From Nitrososphaerota archaeon (GTDB lineage Archaea > Thermoproteota > Nitrososphaeria > PSMU01), in NCBI GenBank assembly GCA_040290255.1, contig PSMU01000001.1, positions 64,001 through 128,000 on the forward strand: a stretch of DNA of 64,000 nt. The letters are read 5' to 3'. The notes under the pieces were generated by a model. That model was not told the DNA's origin and ran no database searches. It saw only the letters and a list, made by a program, of their open reading frames with translations. The position numbers and the translations under genes are program-made. Positions 55,276 to 64,000 of this stretch are shown here, in pieces (position 1 is the stretch's first letter; every line of letters starts with the position of its first letter).

Positions 55276-56386
55276 GCAGGCCGACGCCAAAAGGTGAATT
55301 TAAACTTAGAGCGCTTTCGAGCAGTTTGACCTCTAGGATGTCGTAGTGAATCAACTCTAATGAGGTCCTCAAGAGTTGGTGGGCATTAGGTTGGGCCCTG
55401 CTCTCTTTCTCACGGCCGAAGAAGGCCCGTATATCGAAACCGCCTTCAAAGGTGCCTGTCATCCGCAGCTCGCTATCAGATAGCCTAAAGCCTCCAAGCG
55501 ACAGGAGCCGCCTTGTCTTGGGAGGTCTTCCTGGTCTTTCGAAGAGCACGTCGATAGAGCTGAATGCGGAGAGTCCCGTGAACCGCGTCAACGCCCCAGC
55601 CGAACTGTTAATGAGCCTGCAGGCTATCTCCGCAGTAAATATATAATGAAAGGGAAGCTTAGGTCTCGAGGTAAGCACCTCGAGCTGCGTGACCCCAACG
55701 CCGAGCGCGCCCAACTCGTCATTTATGGAGTTTATGAGGGTAGGCGGCAAGGTTCTGCGCCTAGGGTTAGTAAGTTTGGCGACGAAGGGTCTTCCTTGGC
55801 CTAAAACCAAGCTATCTTTGTCCTCGCCGCCTGCCCAACTGAACTTCGCCTCTTCTGCACCAAAATGCAGAACTAATGCTCTTTCTAGCAGTGCTTCAAG
55901 AGAGGGGCTCTGAGTGTTGACTCGTTCTCGTGTCCTTAGCGGGATCCCCCTTTTCTGTTTGATATAGCGGCCCAACAAGTATATGGGTGATGCGCGAATA
56001 TCTACCGTCTCCGTTATAAAATCCAATGTTAGCGAAACGTCGGCGTTGATATGCGAGAGCATTACTGGCCTTCCAAGCATTGAGCGAAGCTCGGCGATGG
56101 CCACATTGGCCAGATACCTCTTGATCGTAGGCGGCTCCTTTAGCTTGAGTGACGCCCGCAGCTCGTCCTCCCTATTGATGATGTGCGCGGGCAAGATTAT
56201 GCCCAAGCTGACTGAACTGAACTCGAAAGCTTCAATGAGGCTAAGGTGTCTATATATCAACCCAGCGATCTTGTCAGTCAAGCCTTCGCACAGTTGGCAC
56301 TTGCCGCCTTTATCCGTCAGTTTCAAAGCAGCCCTAGCTCTCACGTGCCTTGCTAAACGCTGCCAGCAATGGCGACAAAGCCTCAT
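55262..56386 (-). CDS. pus10: tRNA pseudouridine synthase Pus10-like
   Basis: N-terminal CxxC..CxxC, GRY.K..RG, GGEDKDSLVLG.GRPF; srp54-pus10-rpl21e order. Confidence 0.8.
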   Translation of the reverse strand: MRLCRHCWQRLARHVRARAALKLTDKGGKCQLCEGLTDKIAGLIYRHLSLIEAFEFSSVSLGIILPAHIINREDELRASLKLKEPPTIKRYLANVAIAELRSMLGRPVMLSHINADVSLTLDFITETVDIRASPIYLLGRYIKQKRGIPLRTRERVNTQSPSLEALLERALVLHFGAEEAKFSWAGGEDKDSLVLGQGRPFVAKLTNPRRRTLPPTLINSINDELGALGVGVTQLEVLTSRPKLPFHYIFTAEIACRLINSSAGALTRFTGLSAFSSIDVLFERPGRPPKTRRLLSLGGFRLSDSELRMTGTFEGGFDIRAFFGREKESRAQPNAHQLLRTSLELIHYDILEVKLLESALSLNSPFGVGLRAQE

Positions 56387-56397
56387 TGTATGAGGAG

Positions 56398-57732
56398 CTA
56401 GAGGCTTAAGCGCTGACCGGACAGCATCTTAATCAGCCTTCCTCTGTTAGATCTCAATAGCTGCCTAGTTCGTTTATAGTATTCCAAGAGTTCCTTGACG
56501 GCCCGCTCATCCCGTCCGGATCCGCTAGCGATCCTCCTAATTCTCCTCCCATCGATTATGTCCGGATTTTCCCGCTCCTGTGGCGTCATAGAGTTTATTA
56601 CGCTTTTCCATACCTTCAGTCTTGACTCTATATCGTCTATGTTTATCTCCCCTCCGCCTATTGGCCCGATGGGAAGCAGCTCAAGAAGCTTCCTAAGCGG
56701 TCCCATCTTTCCCAGTCTCTGAATCTCCCTGAGCAGGTCGTCCAAAGTAAAGCGTCCTGACAGCATTTTCTTCACATACTTCTCCTGATCTTCCTCCTCT
56801 ACCGATGCTTCCTTAACTCTTTGGAGTAGAGCCTCTAGGTCCCCAAGGCCCAGTAACCGAGCTGCGAAGCGTTTAGCGTCGAATACCTCTAAATCATCTA
56901 GCCTGTCTCCGGAACATACGAAGTAGATCTTGGCTCCGATGGCAGCTACAGCCGATAGGGCGCCTCCGCCCTTTGCTGTGCCATCTAGTTTAGTTACCAC
57001 TATGCCGCCAAGGCCAACGGCTTGATTAAATGCGATGGCTTGCGCAGCGCTTTGCTGGCCCATAGCAGCGTCAATAACTAAGAAGGTGAGAGTGGGCTTG
57101 ATCGCTTCGTTAAGTGCTCTGACCTCCATCATTAGGGATCTTTCTTCCTTATGCCTGCCAGCCGTGTCGACTACAACGACATTATAGCCCATATCTCTGA
57201 AATGTTTTGTTCCGGCCTTGGCTATCTCCTCGGCGGAGCTGCCCTCAAGCCAATATACCGGGATGCCAACAGGCGCGACGAGCGACTTTAGCTGTTCGTA
57301 TGCCCCCGGCCTGTATGTATCCGCGCATACTAAGCCAACCTTGTAACCACGTTTTTGGAACCATCGCGCAAGTTTAGCTGCCGTTGTGGTTTTGCCGCTG
57401 CCTTCCAGGCCCACAAGCATTATTATATTGAATTCTCGTGGATCGATGTTTAAATGCGCGGTTCCCTCGCCACCTAGCAGACTCACGAGTTTCTCATAGA
57501 GAAGGCGGATCGCGTGCTCCCTCAGCGAAATGCCTGGAGGGAGCTTCTCCTTTCTCACCTTGTTTTCTATATCGCGAGTTAGACGCGCGACCTGCTCAAC
57601 AGCCACATCTGCTAACAAAAGACTCCGCTGTACATCCTTAGAGAATTCTTCGATTGCCTGCTCGACAGGGGTGGTGCTGCTGAGGAGCCTCTCGATCGCC
57701 CTTGCTAGCCCAGCCCTCAGCTCTGAAAGCAT
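56398..57732 (-). CDS. srp54: Signal recognition particle protein SRP54
   Basis: GLEGSGKTTT, DTAGRH, TKLDG, SMT..ER, RIA.GSG; ATG at 57732 chosen. Confidence 0.96.
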   Translation of the reverse strand: MLSELRAGLARAIERLLSSTTPVEQAIEEFSKDVQRSLLLADVAVEQVARLTRDIENKVRKEKLPPGISLREHAIRLLYEKLVSLLGGEGTAHLNIDPREFNIIMLVGLEGSGKTTTAAKLARWFQKRGYKVGLVCADTYRPGAYEQLKSLVAPVGIPVYWLEGSSAEEIAKAGTKHFRDMGYNVVVVDTAGRHKEERSLMMEVRALNEAIKPTLTFLVIDAAMGQQSAAQAIAFNQAVGLGGIVVTKLDGTAKGGGALSAVAAIGAKIYFVCSGDRLDDLEVFDAKRFAARLLGLGDLEALLQRVKEASVEEEDQEKYVKKMLSGRFTLDDLLREIQRLGKMGPLRKLLELLPIGPIGGGEINIDDIESRLKVWKSVINSMTPQERENPDIIDGRRIRRIASGSGRDERAVKELLEYYKRTRQLLRSNRGRLIKMLSGQRLSL

Positions 57733-57819
57733 TCTCTGGGCTTGAAACTCGCGGCAATTAAAAGCTTTCACTAATGTTTTTATTGCACGCATTGACGCTG
57801 GGCTCGGAGGTGATATGAC

Positions 57820-58234
57820 CTGAGCAAACAGGCCGAACTGGGAGAGGTTAAGGAGGGCAGCTACATGGTAATCGAAGGAGAGCCTTGCAGGATCGTGGAA
57901 GTAGAGAAGAGCAAGCCTGGAAAGTAGCGATATGCTACCCAGGTAGCATGGCTCTGCGAAGGTCAGGGTTGTAGGAATAGGCTTGTTTACCGGCTCGAAG
58001 AGAAGCTATCTAGGACCTGCCGACTCATTAGTAGAAATACCGCTGATCGATAAGCGCATCGCGCAGGTACTCGCGCTCCTGCCTGACAGGGTACAGTTGA
58101 TGGATTTGGAAACTTACGAGGTGTTCGAATCAGATATGCCACAGGAGGAAGGGCTTCGCGGTAAGCTTGAGCAAGGCAGGCAGGTGGAGTATTGGGTGGT
58201 AGGCGGGCGAAGGAAATTAATGAAGCTGCGTTAA
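57820..58234 (+). CDS. eif5a: Translation factor aIF5A; two exons (57820-57922 and 57945-58234) joined after removal of a 22-nt BHB intron
   Basis: Spliced product (M)[54 protein letters not shown]..., 130 aa; probable CTG start after GGAGGTGA. Confidence 0.92.
57923..57944 (+). other. Bulge-helix-bulge intron in aIF5A mRNA (AGTAGCGATATGCTACCCAGGT)
   Basis: Central helix CTGG/CCAG, 3-nt bulges AAA and GTA, inner stem GTAGC/GCTAC; standard cut sites restore the frame. Confidence 0.9.
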
Positions 58235-58275
58235 GGAACAAAATTTAATAAGCTCGAGCCTGCCTGTAGGCATCT

Positions 58276-58443
58276 GTGAGCAGCAGAAGGAAAAGGGAAG
58301 CGCCGCTGCCTGCCTCGGGCGCCGGGCTTCTGCGGTTCTTTGAGGATGAGACGAAAGGGATTAAGATCAGGCCCGAGGCCGTCGCAGCGATGTCGATCAT
58401 ACTGGTAGCGGTCTCGATACTGATTAAAATACTGATACGCTAG
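58276..58443 (+). CDS. secG: Protein translocase subunit Sec61beta/SecG
   Basis: Hand-translated MSSRRKREAPLPASGAGLLRFFEDETKGIKIRPEAV + TM helix (AGL.RF...I.P motif). Confidence 0.9.
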   Translation: MSSRRKREAPLPASGAGLLRFFEDETKGIKIRPEAVAAMSIILVAVSILIKILIR

Positions 58444-58454
58444 GGCCTCGCGTA

Positions 58455-60212
58455 GTGAGCTGGAAGGCCCTTCCACCCAAGAGGCGCTATATAATATCAA
58501 TACCGCCGCTTTGGGCAAACCTGGTTTTGTATGTGGCCCTGCAGTTAGTACTCGCTTTCTCTTCGCCGTCTAAATGGATAGTGCCGTGGAGTGCAGCGAC
58601 GCAGTTAATTGCGTTACTGACAGTACCTCTGCTGTTTGGGTCCGGCACCGTGGTGCCTCACGGGGTAATAAGTAACCGGATGATCTTCTCTTCGAATGTT
58701 GCTAGCGTGATATATATAGTAGAAGTTACGATCATGAGATTCGCCAGGGGTTCGGATATCACCTTGGCAGAGCTCATGGTGCCCCTCTCAATGGGATATG
58801 CCTTTTCATTTATCGTAATCCGCTCCCTCTGTTTTCCCAACGGATATCTAGCCAGCGCGCTTAGCGTCCTTTGCGTGGCAACTCCCTTGGTAGAAGGCCT
58901 AGCGGTTGGAAGCGTGGCTGGCCAGTCACCTGTGCGCGCCTCTCTCCTGTTCATTCCCTCCATTTCCACGGTCTTCACATTAGTGCTCTCGGCCCATGCG
59001 GTCATTCGTAGGGGAAAAGCGGTTCTTAAGGAGGATCCCACGGTGATCCTGCCGGCGCTGCTTGAGGCCTGGAGAGGAAGGAATACGACATCGATCGAGC
59101 GGTGGCTAGAGGGCAAGGCCGAGCGAGCAAGGCTGAGCAATTATCTCCTATACTTTCGGTCTATTGATTCTAACGCGGCACAAGGCATATGGGCTATACT
59201 TGGCGCTCACCCAGGGCCCTTCAACCCGTTAGGCTCATATAATTTGCCGAGCCAAGTATATTCTTATCTTAAGCGTGCTTTGGGTAACGTCCCTACGTGC
59301 GTCTTTCATGGTCCGTCTACACATGAATTCGATTTGGTCTCGGCACGCGAGGTCATGAAATACCTGCAAGGCTTAACGCAAACGCAGCCCGATTATATCT
59401 CATCGGGGATATCTAGGGCAGAACTCCTAGTAAAGGATGCTGAATCAGCTTTTCCCTCACTCCTCTGGCTGGGCAAAGACCTGGTGCTATTTACTGGCCG
59501 AGCCTTAGACCCTTATAGTGATGATGTCGCGCCAGATCTGATCGGCGCCTTGCGCGACGCTTTGCGACTGGGGCATGCTAAGTGTGTGGTAATAGATGTG
59601 CACAATGGCATTACCTCACTAAGTAATGGAGAGGAACGTCTATCCAGCATGGGGAGTGAGTTAAACAACCTAATAAGAACGAATGAGGGCCCGAGGCAGG
59701 AGTCGCTGGTAGCGGGGTTTGCCGAAGTGGCCAAGAACCAGCTCTTGGATGTTATAGAGGTAGGGCCGGCTGGGGTCTGCTTCACCTACTTATCCAATGG
59801 ACAGCAGGCGTTGGGCGTAGTAGTGTTTGACGCGAATAGTATAGTTCCTACTGTGGCTAGATCGCTGACGAAGCTCTGCTCAGAACGCCTTGGTTACCCG
59901 ATATTGCTATGCACCACAGATAATCATATCACGGCTAGTGATGTCACATCACGTCACGGATATCTAAAACTGGCTCAAGTGACCGGAGTCGAGCGACTGG
60001 CTGACATAATTCTGGGCGGCATGTTGACCGCCCAAGCCAAGGCCGGGCGCGTTGTCGTCGATTTGCACGAGATACATACGGAGAGCCTAGTACTGGGTAA
60101 TCTGTTGAACGCCATTTCCGAACTCACGGAATTCGCTTCACGCGTTGTGCCGCGCGGCCTCTTATTGAGCTTAGCCCTACACGTTGTTGCCTTCGCAGGC
60201 AGTTTGCTCTAA
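58455..60212 (+). CDS. DUF2070-family membrane protein
   Basis: N-terminal TM helices; HPGPF..GS.NLP, HG.S.HE.D, DVHN, D.N, TTD.H. Confidence 0.8.
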   Translation: MSWKALPPKRRYIISIPPLWANLVLYVALQLVLAFSSPSKWIVPWSAATQLIALLTVPLLFGSGTVVPHGVISNRMIFSSNVASVIYIVEVTIMRFARGSDITLAELMVPLSMGYAFSFIVIRSLCFPNGYLASALSVLCVATPLVEGLAVGSVAGQSPVRASLLFIPSISTVFTLVLSAHAVIRRGKAVLKEDPTVILPALLEAWRGRNTTSIERWLEGKAERARLSNYLLYFRSIDSNAAQGIWAILGAHPGPFNPLGSYNLPSQVYSYLKRALGNVPTCVFHGPSTHEFDLVSAREVMKYLQGLTQTQPDYISSGISRAELLVKDAESAFPSLLWLGKDLVLFTGRALDPYSDDVAPDLIGALRDALRLGHAKCVVIDVHNGITSLSNGEERLSSMGSELNNLIRTNEGPRQESLVAGFAEVAKNQLLDVIEVGPAGVCFTYLSNGQQALGVVVFDANSIVPTVARSLTKLCSERLGYPILLCTTDNHITASDVTSRHGYLKLAQVTGVERLADIILGGMLTAQAKAGRVVVDLHEIHTESLVLGNLLNAISELTEFASRVVPRGLLLSLALHVVAFAGSLL

Positions 60213-60228
60213 GCCGTCTGCGGAAGTT

Positions 60229-60468
60229 CTATAGCTCACCTCTATTGTATTTATCGACCGCCAAGTTATAAATGTCTATTATCTCGGGTTTCTTTTCGTA
60301 ATCGTAGCTAAATTTTAAGCCGCAATCTGTATTTCCACACATTACTATCACTCTGTTGGGATCCTCGTACCATGCCCTCACGCTTATTTGCCCACATTTG
60401 GGGCAGATGTACACTTTCGGCAGACTGCGCTTGAGCGGCTTAGGTATCTTTCGCCTTCTCCTACCCAT
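60229..60468 (-). CDS. elf1: Transcription elongation factor Elf1-like
   Basis: MGRRRRK...LPK.Y.CPKCG...C...C...ID.Y...D. Confidence 0.85.
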   Translation of the reverse strand: MGRRRRKIPKPLKRSLPKVYICPKCGQISVRAWYEDPNRVIVMCGNTDCGLKFSYDYEKKPEIIDIYNLAVDKYNRGEL

Positions 60469-60506
60469 ATGGGCGCAGGCAGATCCCTAAATTTAAGTAC
60501 TTGGTC

Positions 60507-61088
60507 CTAATCCCTAAGCTGCGATAACGCTTCTCGTCCTTTTTCAGTTAACCGGTAAACGTAGGGCCTAGAGGCTGAGCGAGAGACCAAGCCCTGGTCC
60601 AGCATTGCCTTCAAAAGGCGTGATGTGTGCTCCCGGCTCCTGCGGATGCTCCGGCTAACCTCCGAAGCGCTCTTCTCGCCATCTTTGAGGGTGTAAAGAA
60701 CAGCTAATGATCCTGTCATGATATGTGACGAGCGTGATGATGTCACGCGTTCAGAGTTATCCTCAGGTGATTCTCTGCCACCCGGCGATCCCGTAGGTTG
60801 AGCATGCCCGCTGCTAACCATGCTCTTGGCCCCCGGTATAGGAGGTCTAGCCGAGCTCACTCTAAGTTCTAACATATCCATATCGGCCTTCAGTTTACCA
60901 AGATCCTGTTGCACTTTGGTCAATCGTCCGCTGAACGCCTCTATGATTACGCTCGCAGGTCCGATCCAACTCAAGGCCTTATCTAGCGAAGAGGACATCC
61001 TACGTATGCTCCATATCACTATGGTCAAGGATGCGACTGAAAGGATCAGGCTGATGATTAATGTGATGACGTCAATTGACGGCATCAT
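60507..61088 (-). CDS. Membrane-anchored coiled-coil + MarR-like wHTH protein
   Basis: N-terminal hydrophobic helix, heptad segment, C-terminal SREHTSRLLK...GLV.R...Y.LT.KG. Confidence 0.7.
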   Translation of the reverse strand: MMPSIDVITLIISLILSVASLTIVIWSIRRMSSSLDKALSWIGPASVIIEAFSGRLTKVQQDLGKLKADMDMLELRVSSARPPIPGAKSMVSSGHAQPTGSPGGRESPEDNSERVTSSRSSHIMTGSLAVLYTLKDGEKSASEVSRSIRRSREHTSRLLKAMLDQGLVSRSASRPYVYRLTEKGREALSQLRD

Positions 61089-61111
61089 GTTGTTGACTCC
61101 AAGTCATCATT

Positions 61112-61501
61112 TTAAGTCTTTCCCTCTGCTAGCTGATGCACCAAGGCGTCCAAGGTGGCTATTATATCCTGCAGCTTATCTTGTCTAGCTTTCGGCCCAC
61201 GGCCCGCCTCATGCACTAACGTAAGTGCTCTGCTTATGGCGTCTAGATCTAGCAGGTCTAGGTAGGACAACAAGAGCAACGTATAAAAGCAGCGCCTAAC
61301 CTGGGTTATCCCCTGACGCAAACTTCTGTAGTAGGCGCCTTTAGAGACAGCACCACCATCCTTGAGGCGGAGTCTTTCGAATAATTTCAGCTTTCTAGCG
61401 GTCTTTTGGATTAAAAATATGTCGAATGATGCAGGCTTTAGGCCGCTTCTCGAGAACAGATGCTCGGCGAGGGGGTCGTCGGCAAGAAGTCCTTTGAGCA
61501 T
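61112..61501 (-). CDS. Hypothetical protein (conserved-looking)
   Basis: 129-aa ORF with VSKGAYYRSL.Q segment in a same-strand cluster. Confidence 0.6.
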   Translation of the reverse strand: MLKGLLADDPLAEHLFSRSGLKPASFDIFLIQKTARKLKLFERLRLKDGGAVSKGAYYRSLRQGITQVRRCFYTLLLLSYLDLLDLDAISRALTLVHEAGRGPKARQDKLQDIIATLDALVHQLAEGKT

Positions 61502-61546
61502 AGTAGAGGGTGTTATACGACTCCGTATAACCCTATGCGAAGGTGG

Positions 61547-61963
61547 CTATTGAGTCGAGATTGCTGGAGCGGGTAGCCTGTAGAACCAGATTCGACCTAT
61601 TTTTTGTCGATAAAGAAGGCCCCTACTGACATACCTGCCGAGGTAGGTCGCTATAACGCTTAGCTCTATTGGCCGGCCAAAGTAATTTTCGTAGATCCTC
61701 TTCAAATCCTTAGATGTAAAGCTGCCGTATCTGAAGTTTAGTTGCAAGAGTGAAAGGAGCCTAGAATTAAGGGATTGATCGTCTGCGTCTGACAGCTCTG
61801 GGTTGGCCATAGCTGCTGGCTCAGTGGGTGGGGAGACTGACTCACGAGCCTCCACCTGTTTCAAGATGGAAGCTATGATTGTCGAATCCACATCGCCTTC
61901 AAATGACATGGTTATCTTTGAGCCCGGCTGCTCTATCGTTACCTTTACCCTCCTCGGAGGCAC
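61547..61963 (-). CDS. Winged-helix hypothetical protein
   Basis: FTSKDL...Y.....I.LS.IATYL.R....G.L.R....W.Y. Confidence 0.65.
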   Translation of the reverse strand: MPPRRVKVTIEQPGSKITMSFEGDVDSTIIASILKQVEARESVSPPTEPAAMANPELSDADDQSLNSRLLSLLQLNFRYGSFTSKDLKRIYENYFGRPIELSVIATYLGRYVSRGLLYRQKIGRIWFYRLPAPAISTQ

Positions 61964-61979
61964 CGATCGGCATAGTGGG

Positions 61980-62390
61980 GGCCGTTGTTAATAGGGTAAC
62001 TGTTAAGATTGTTGACATTATTGTTAAGTTAGCAATGAACGCGCACTCAACGCTCAGTCCATAACAGCGCTGTGAAAAGGAGTTAATCTTCGATGGAGGC
62101 AGATCCTCCACCTGCTCCACTGGAAAGGCAGGGGTCTTGAAATAAGGTAGAGGGTGGGTTACCACAGTTTAGTGGGGCATTTAGCTAGCGCGAGGGCGCA
62201 CCCCTCCGTTTCCTGTCGAACGTACCCCAGCGAGCCGACACCGATACTATATTGTTTGTACGCAGGATATCAATAACGCTTGACCTAACTACAGAAATAA
62301 GGACCCTGGCGACCAAGCCCGAGCTAGGATATATGACCACAGATAAACCTAATATTGAAGAGCTAGGATCTTCCACTGGAAAACCAGGGG
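61980..62390. promoter_or_regulatory. Probable replication origin (oriC) with ORB elements
   Basis: ORB-like CTCCACTGGAAAGGCAGGGG (62115-62134), inverted TTCGACAGGAAACGGAGGGG (62201-62220), TTCCACTGGAAAACCAGGGG (62371-62390); AT-rich TGTTA tract; next to cdc6. Confidence 0.8.
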
Positions 62391-63601
62391 CCTCACCGGC
62401 ATCGTTACTCATCGATCAAATCCTAGAGAGGGCTGCCCGAACCAGCGCGGTATTTATCAATAAGAACGTATTAAGTATGGACTACATTCCTGATTACTTG
62501 CCTTTTAGAGACAAGCAAATAGCCGAGGTAGCGTCCACTTTATCCCCCATTCTTAAGAAGGAAAGATGCTCCAACCTTTTCTTATACGGCAAACCCGGTA
62601 CAGGTAAAACCGTAGTCGCCCGCTTTGTGCTTCGAAGGTTGGCTGCAAAGGCGGTCTCCTTGGGCCTTCAGGACGTGTTCGTCTATGTCAATACAAGGCT
62701 ATCCGGTACAGCATACAGGGTTGTTTGGGAGCTGGCTCACCAGCTTGGCCTTTCGCTTCCATTCACAGGTCTATCAATACCGGAGATGATGCGAAGAATC
62801 TACGGCCATATCGCTAGGCAAAATACCAGGGTAATAATAGTCCTCGACGAAATCGACTTCTTGGTGAAGCACTTCGGTGACGATCTACTATATGAACTAA
62901 CCAGAGCGCGCCTAGATACAGGTGAGTACGCAGGATCTGCCTATACCATCGTGGGCATATCAAACGACCTAATGTTTAAGGAAGTTTTGGATCCTCGTGT
63001 CCTTAGCACCCTAGCCGAGGAAGAGATAGTGTTTCCTCCATATACTGCTCAGGAATTAGGAGAGATATTAAGAGAGCGAGCCCGGATCGCATTTAAGTCA
63101 GGGGCAATTAGCGACGCAGCGATAAATCTTTGCGCAGCTCTTTCCGGGTCTGAGCATGGCGATGCAAGGAGGGCCGTGGAGCTGTTGAGAGTAGCAGGCG
63201 AGATAGCAGAAAGGGCCGGGGCTTCACAAGTCACCGAGGAACATGTTCAGCAGGCTTCAATTCGTATAGAGAGCGACCGCCTACAGGATGCAGTCTCTAC
63301 ATTACCCCTCCACGCCAAACTCTTACTTCTATCCTCTCTAAGGCTTCAGAACGCCACTACCGGACAGGTTTACAGGAAATATGAGAGGCTCTGCGAAGCC
63401 TGCGGTGCCTCGCCAGTAACCCCCCGACGTGCAACAGGAATACTCAGTGAGTTAGACGCCCTAGGCCTTCTTCACGCCGAGCTGATTAGTTCTGGCAGAT
63501 ACGGCCGGACCAAACGTATAAAGACACAGGATAGTGAGCGCCTGCTGTCAATACTAGCTGCGGATCCAATACTCAAAGATCTAGTATCTTCAGAGGGCTA
63601 A
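62333..63601 (+). CDS. cdc6: Orc1/Cdc6 replication initiator
   Basis: GKPGTGKT, VLDEID, FPPY, GDARRA, GRYGRT wing; start uncertain. Confidence 0.95.
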   Translation: MTTDKPNIEELGSSTGKPGASPASLLIDQILERAARTSAVFINKNVLSMDYIPDYLPFRDKQIAEVASTLSPILKKERCSNLFLYGKPGTGKTVVARFVLRRLAAKAVSLGLQDVFVYVNTRLSGTAYRVVWELAHQLGLSLPFTGLSIPEMMRRIYGHIARQNTRVIIVLDEIDFLVKHFGDDLLYELTRARLDTGEYAGSAYTIVGISNDLMFKEVLDPRVLSTLAEEEIVFPPYTAQELGEILRERARIAFKSGAISDAAINLCAALSGSEHGDARRAVELLRVAGEIAERAGASQVTEEHVQQASIRIESDRLQDAVSTLPLHAKLLLLSSLRLQNATTGQVYRKYERLCEACGASPVTPRRATGILSELDALGLLHAELISSGRYGRTKRIKTQDSERLLSILAADPILKDLVSSEG

Positions 63602-63652
63602 CAGACACCTGCCGCTGATAGCCCGCCGGATCAAGTCCCCTTGACCCTCAGG

Positions 63653-63748
63653 CGCCGGGGGAGGGACTCGAACCCTCACGGGCCGTGAGGCCCACCGGCT
63701 ATCATGTAGGATCTCGAGGCCGGCGCGTTACCACTCCGCCACCCCGGC
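63653..63748 (-). tRNA. tRNA-Ser(CGA) with 12-nt intron at 37/38 (63701-63712)
   Basis: Minus strand GCCGGGG acceptor, CCGGC-CTCGAG..A-GCCGG arm, long variable arm. Confidence 0.9.
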
Positions 63749-63851
63749 GATAGCTTTACTTGCTCCGGGCCCATTTTAATGTTTATACCCGTGGGCTAAG
63801 CGTCAATATAGACCGATTCATAACCCATAGGACGATACTAGTGAGCTGAGA

Positions 63852-63961
63852 TGCGGGGGGTGGGATTTGAACCCACGAACCCCTTAGGGGAGCGGATCCC
63901 CCGGCGAACTTGAGTCTCGGCCTTATGACCGCCGCCGTTAACCGGGCTTGGCTACCCCCGC
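63852..63961 (-). tRNA. tRNA-Leu(CAA) with two introns (30/31: 63916-63928; 37/38: 63898-63908)
   Basis: Removing both inserts gives arm GCGGA-CTCAAGA-TCCGC; body nearly identical to tRNA-Leu at 12907. Confidence 0.85.
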
Positions 63962-64000
63962 GATCACTCGCTGATGAAACAACAACATAAGCTTTTATTC

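Noticed and set aside
57925-57946. TAG read-through (pyrrolysine) or a spliceosomal GT-AG intron in aIF5A
   Set aside because: Read-through would not restore the frame because 22 is not a multiple of 3, and no frame-restoring boundary choice gives both GT and AG ends.
57820-58234. aIF5A as a frameshifted pseudogene or an 83-aa truncated gene starting at 57983
   Set aside because: Both halves are intact, and the 22-nt insert forms an exact BHB whose standard cuts restore the frame, which random decay is unlikely to produce.

Overview
Housekeeping-rich segment of an archaeal chromosome, probably from a thermophilic TACK/Nitrososphaeria-related lineage (inferred from the GC-rich rRNA, the 16S-23S operon without tRNA-Ala, the separate 5S gene, Elf1 and gene order). 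It carries 16S/23S/5S rRNA, RNase P RNA, seven tRNA genes (all intron-containing), a candidate H/ACA guide RNA, a split A-type ATP synthase cluster, translation, replication and transcription genes, and a cdc6-linked replication origin. I see no mobile element or CRISPR array. The main finding is that the aIF5A gene is interrupted by a 22-nt intron (57923-57944) forming a canonical bulge-helix-bulge (BHB). Cleavage at the standard BHB positions restores the frame and rebuilds the codon of the hypusine lysine (SKPGK-HGSAK), which points to tRNA-type mRNA splicing in a gene other than cbf5. Protein calls come from motif recognition by eye, without database searches.
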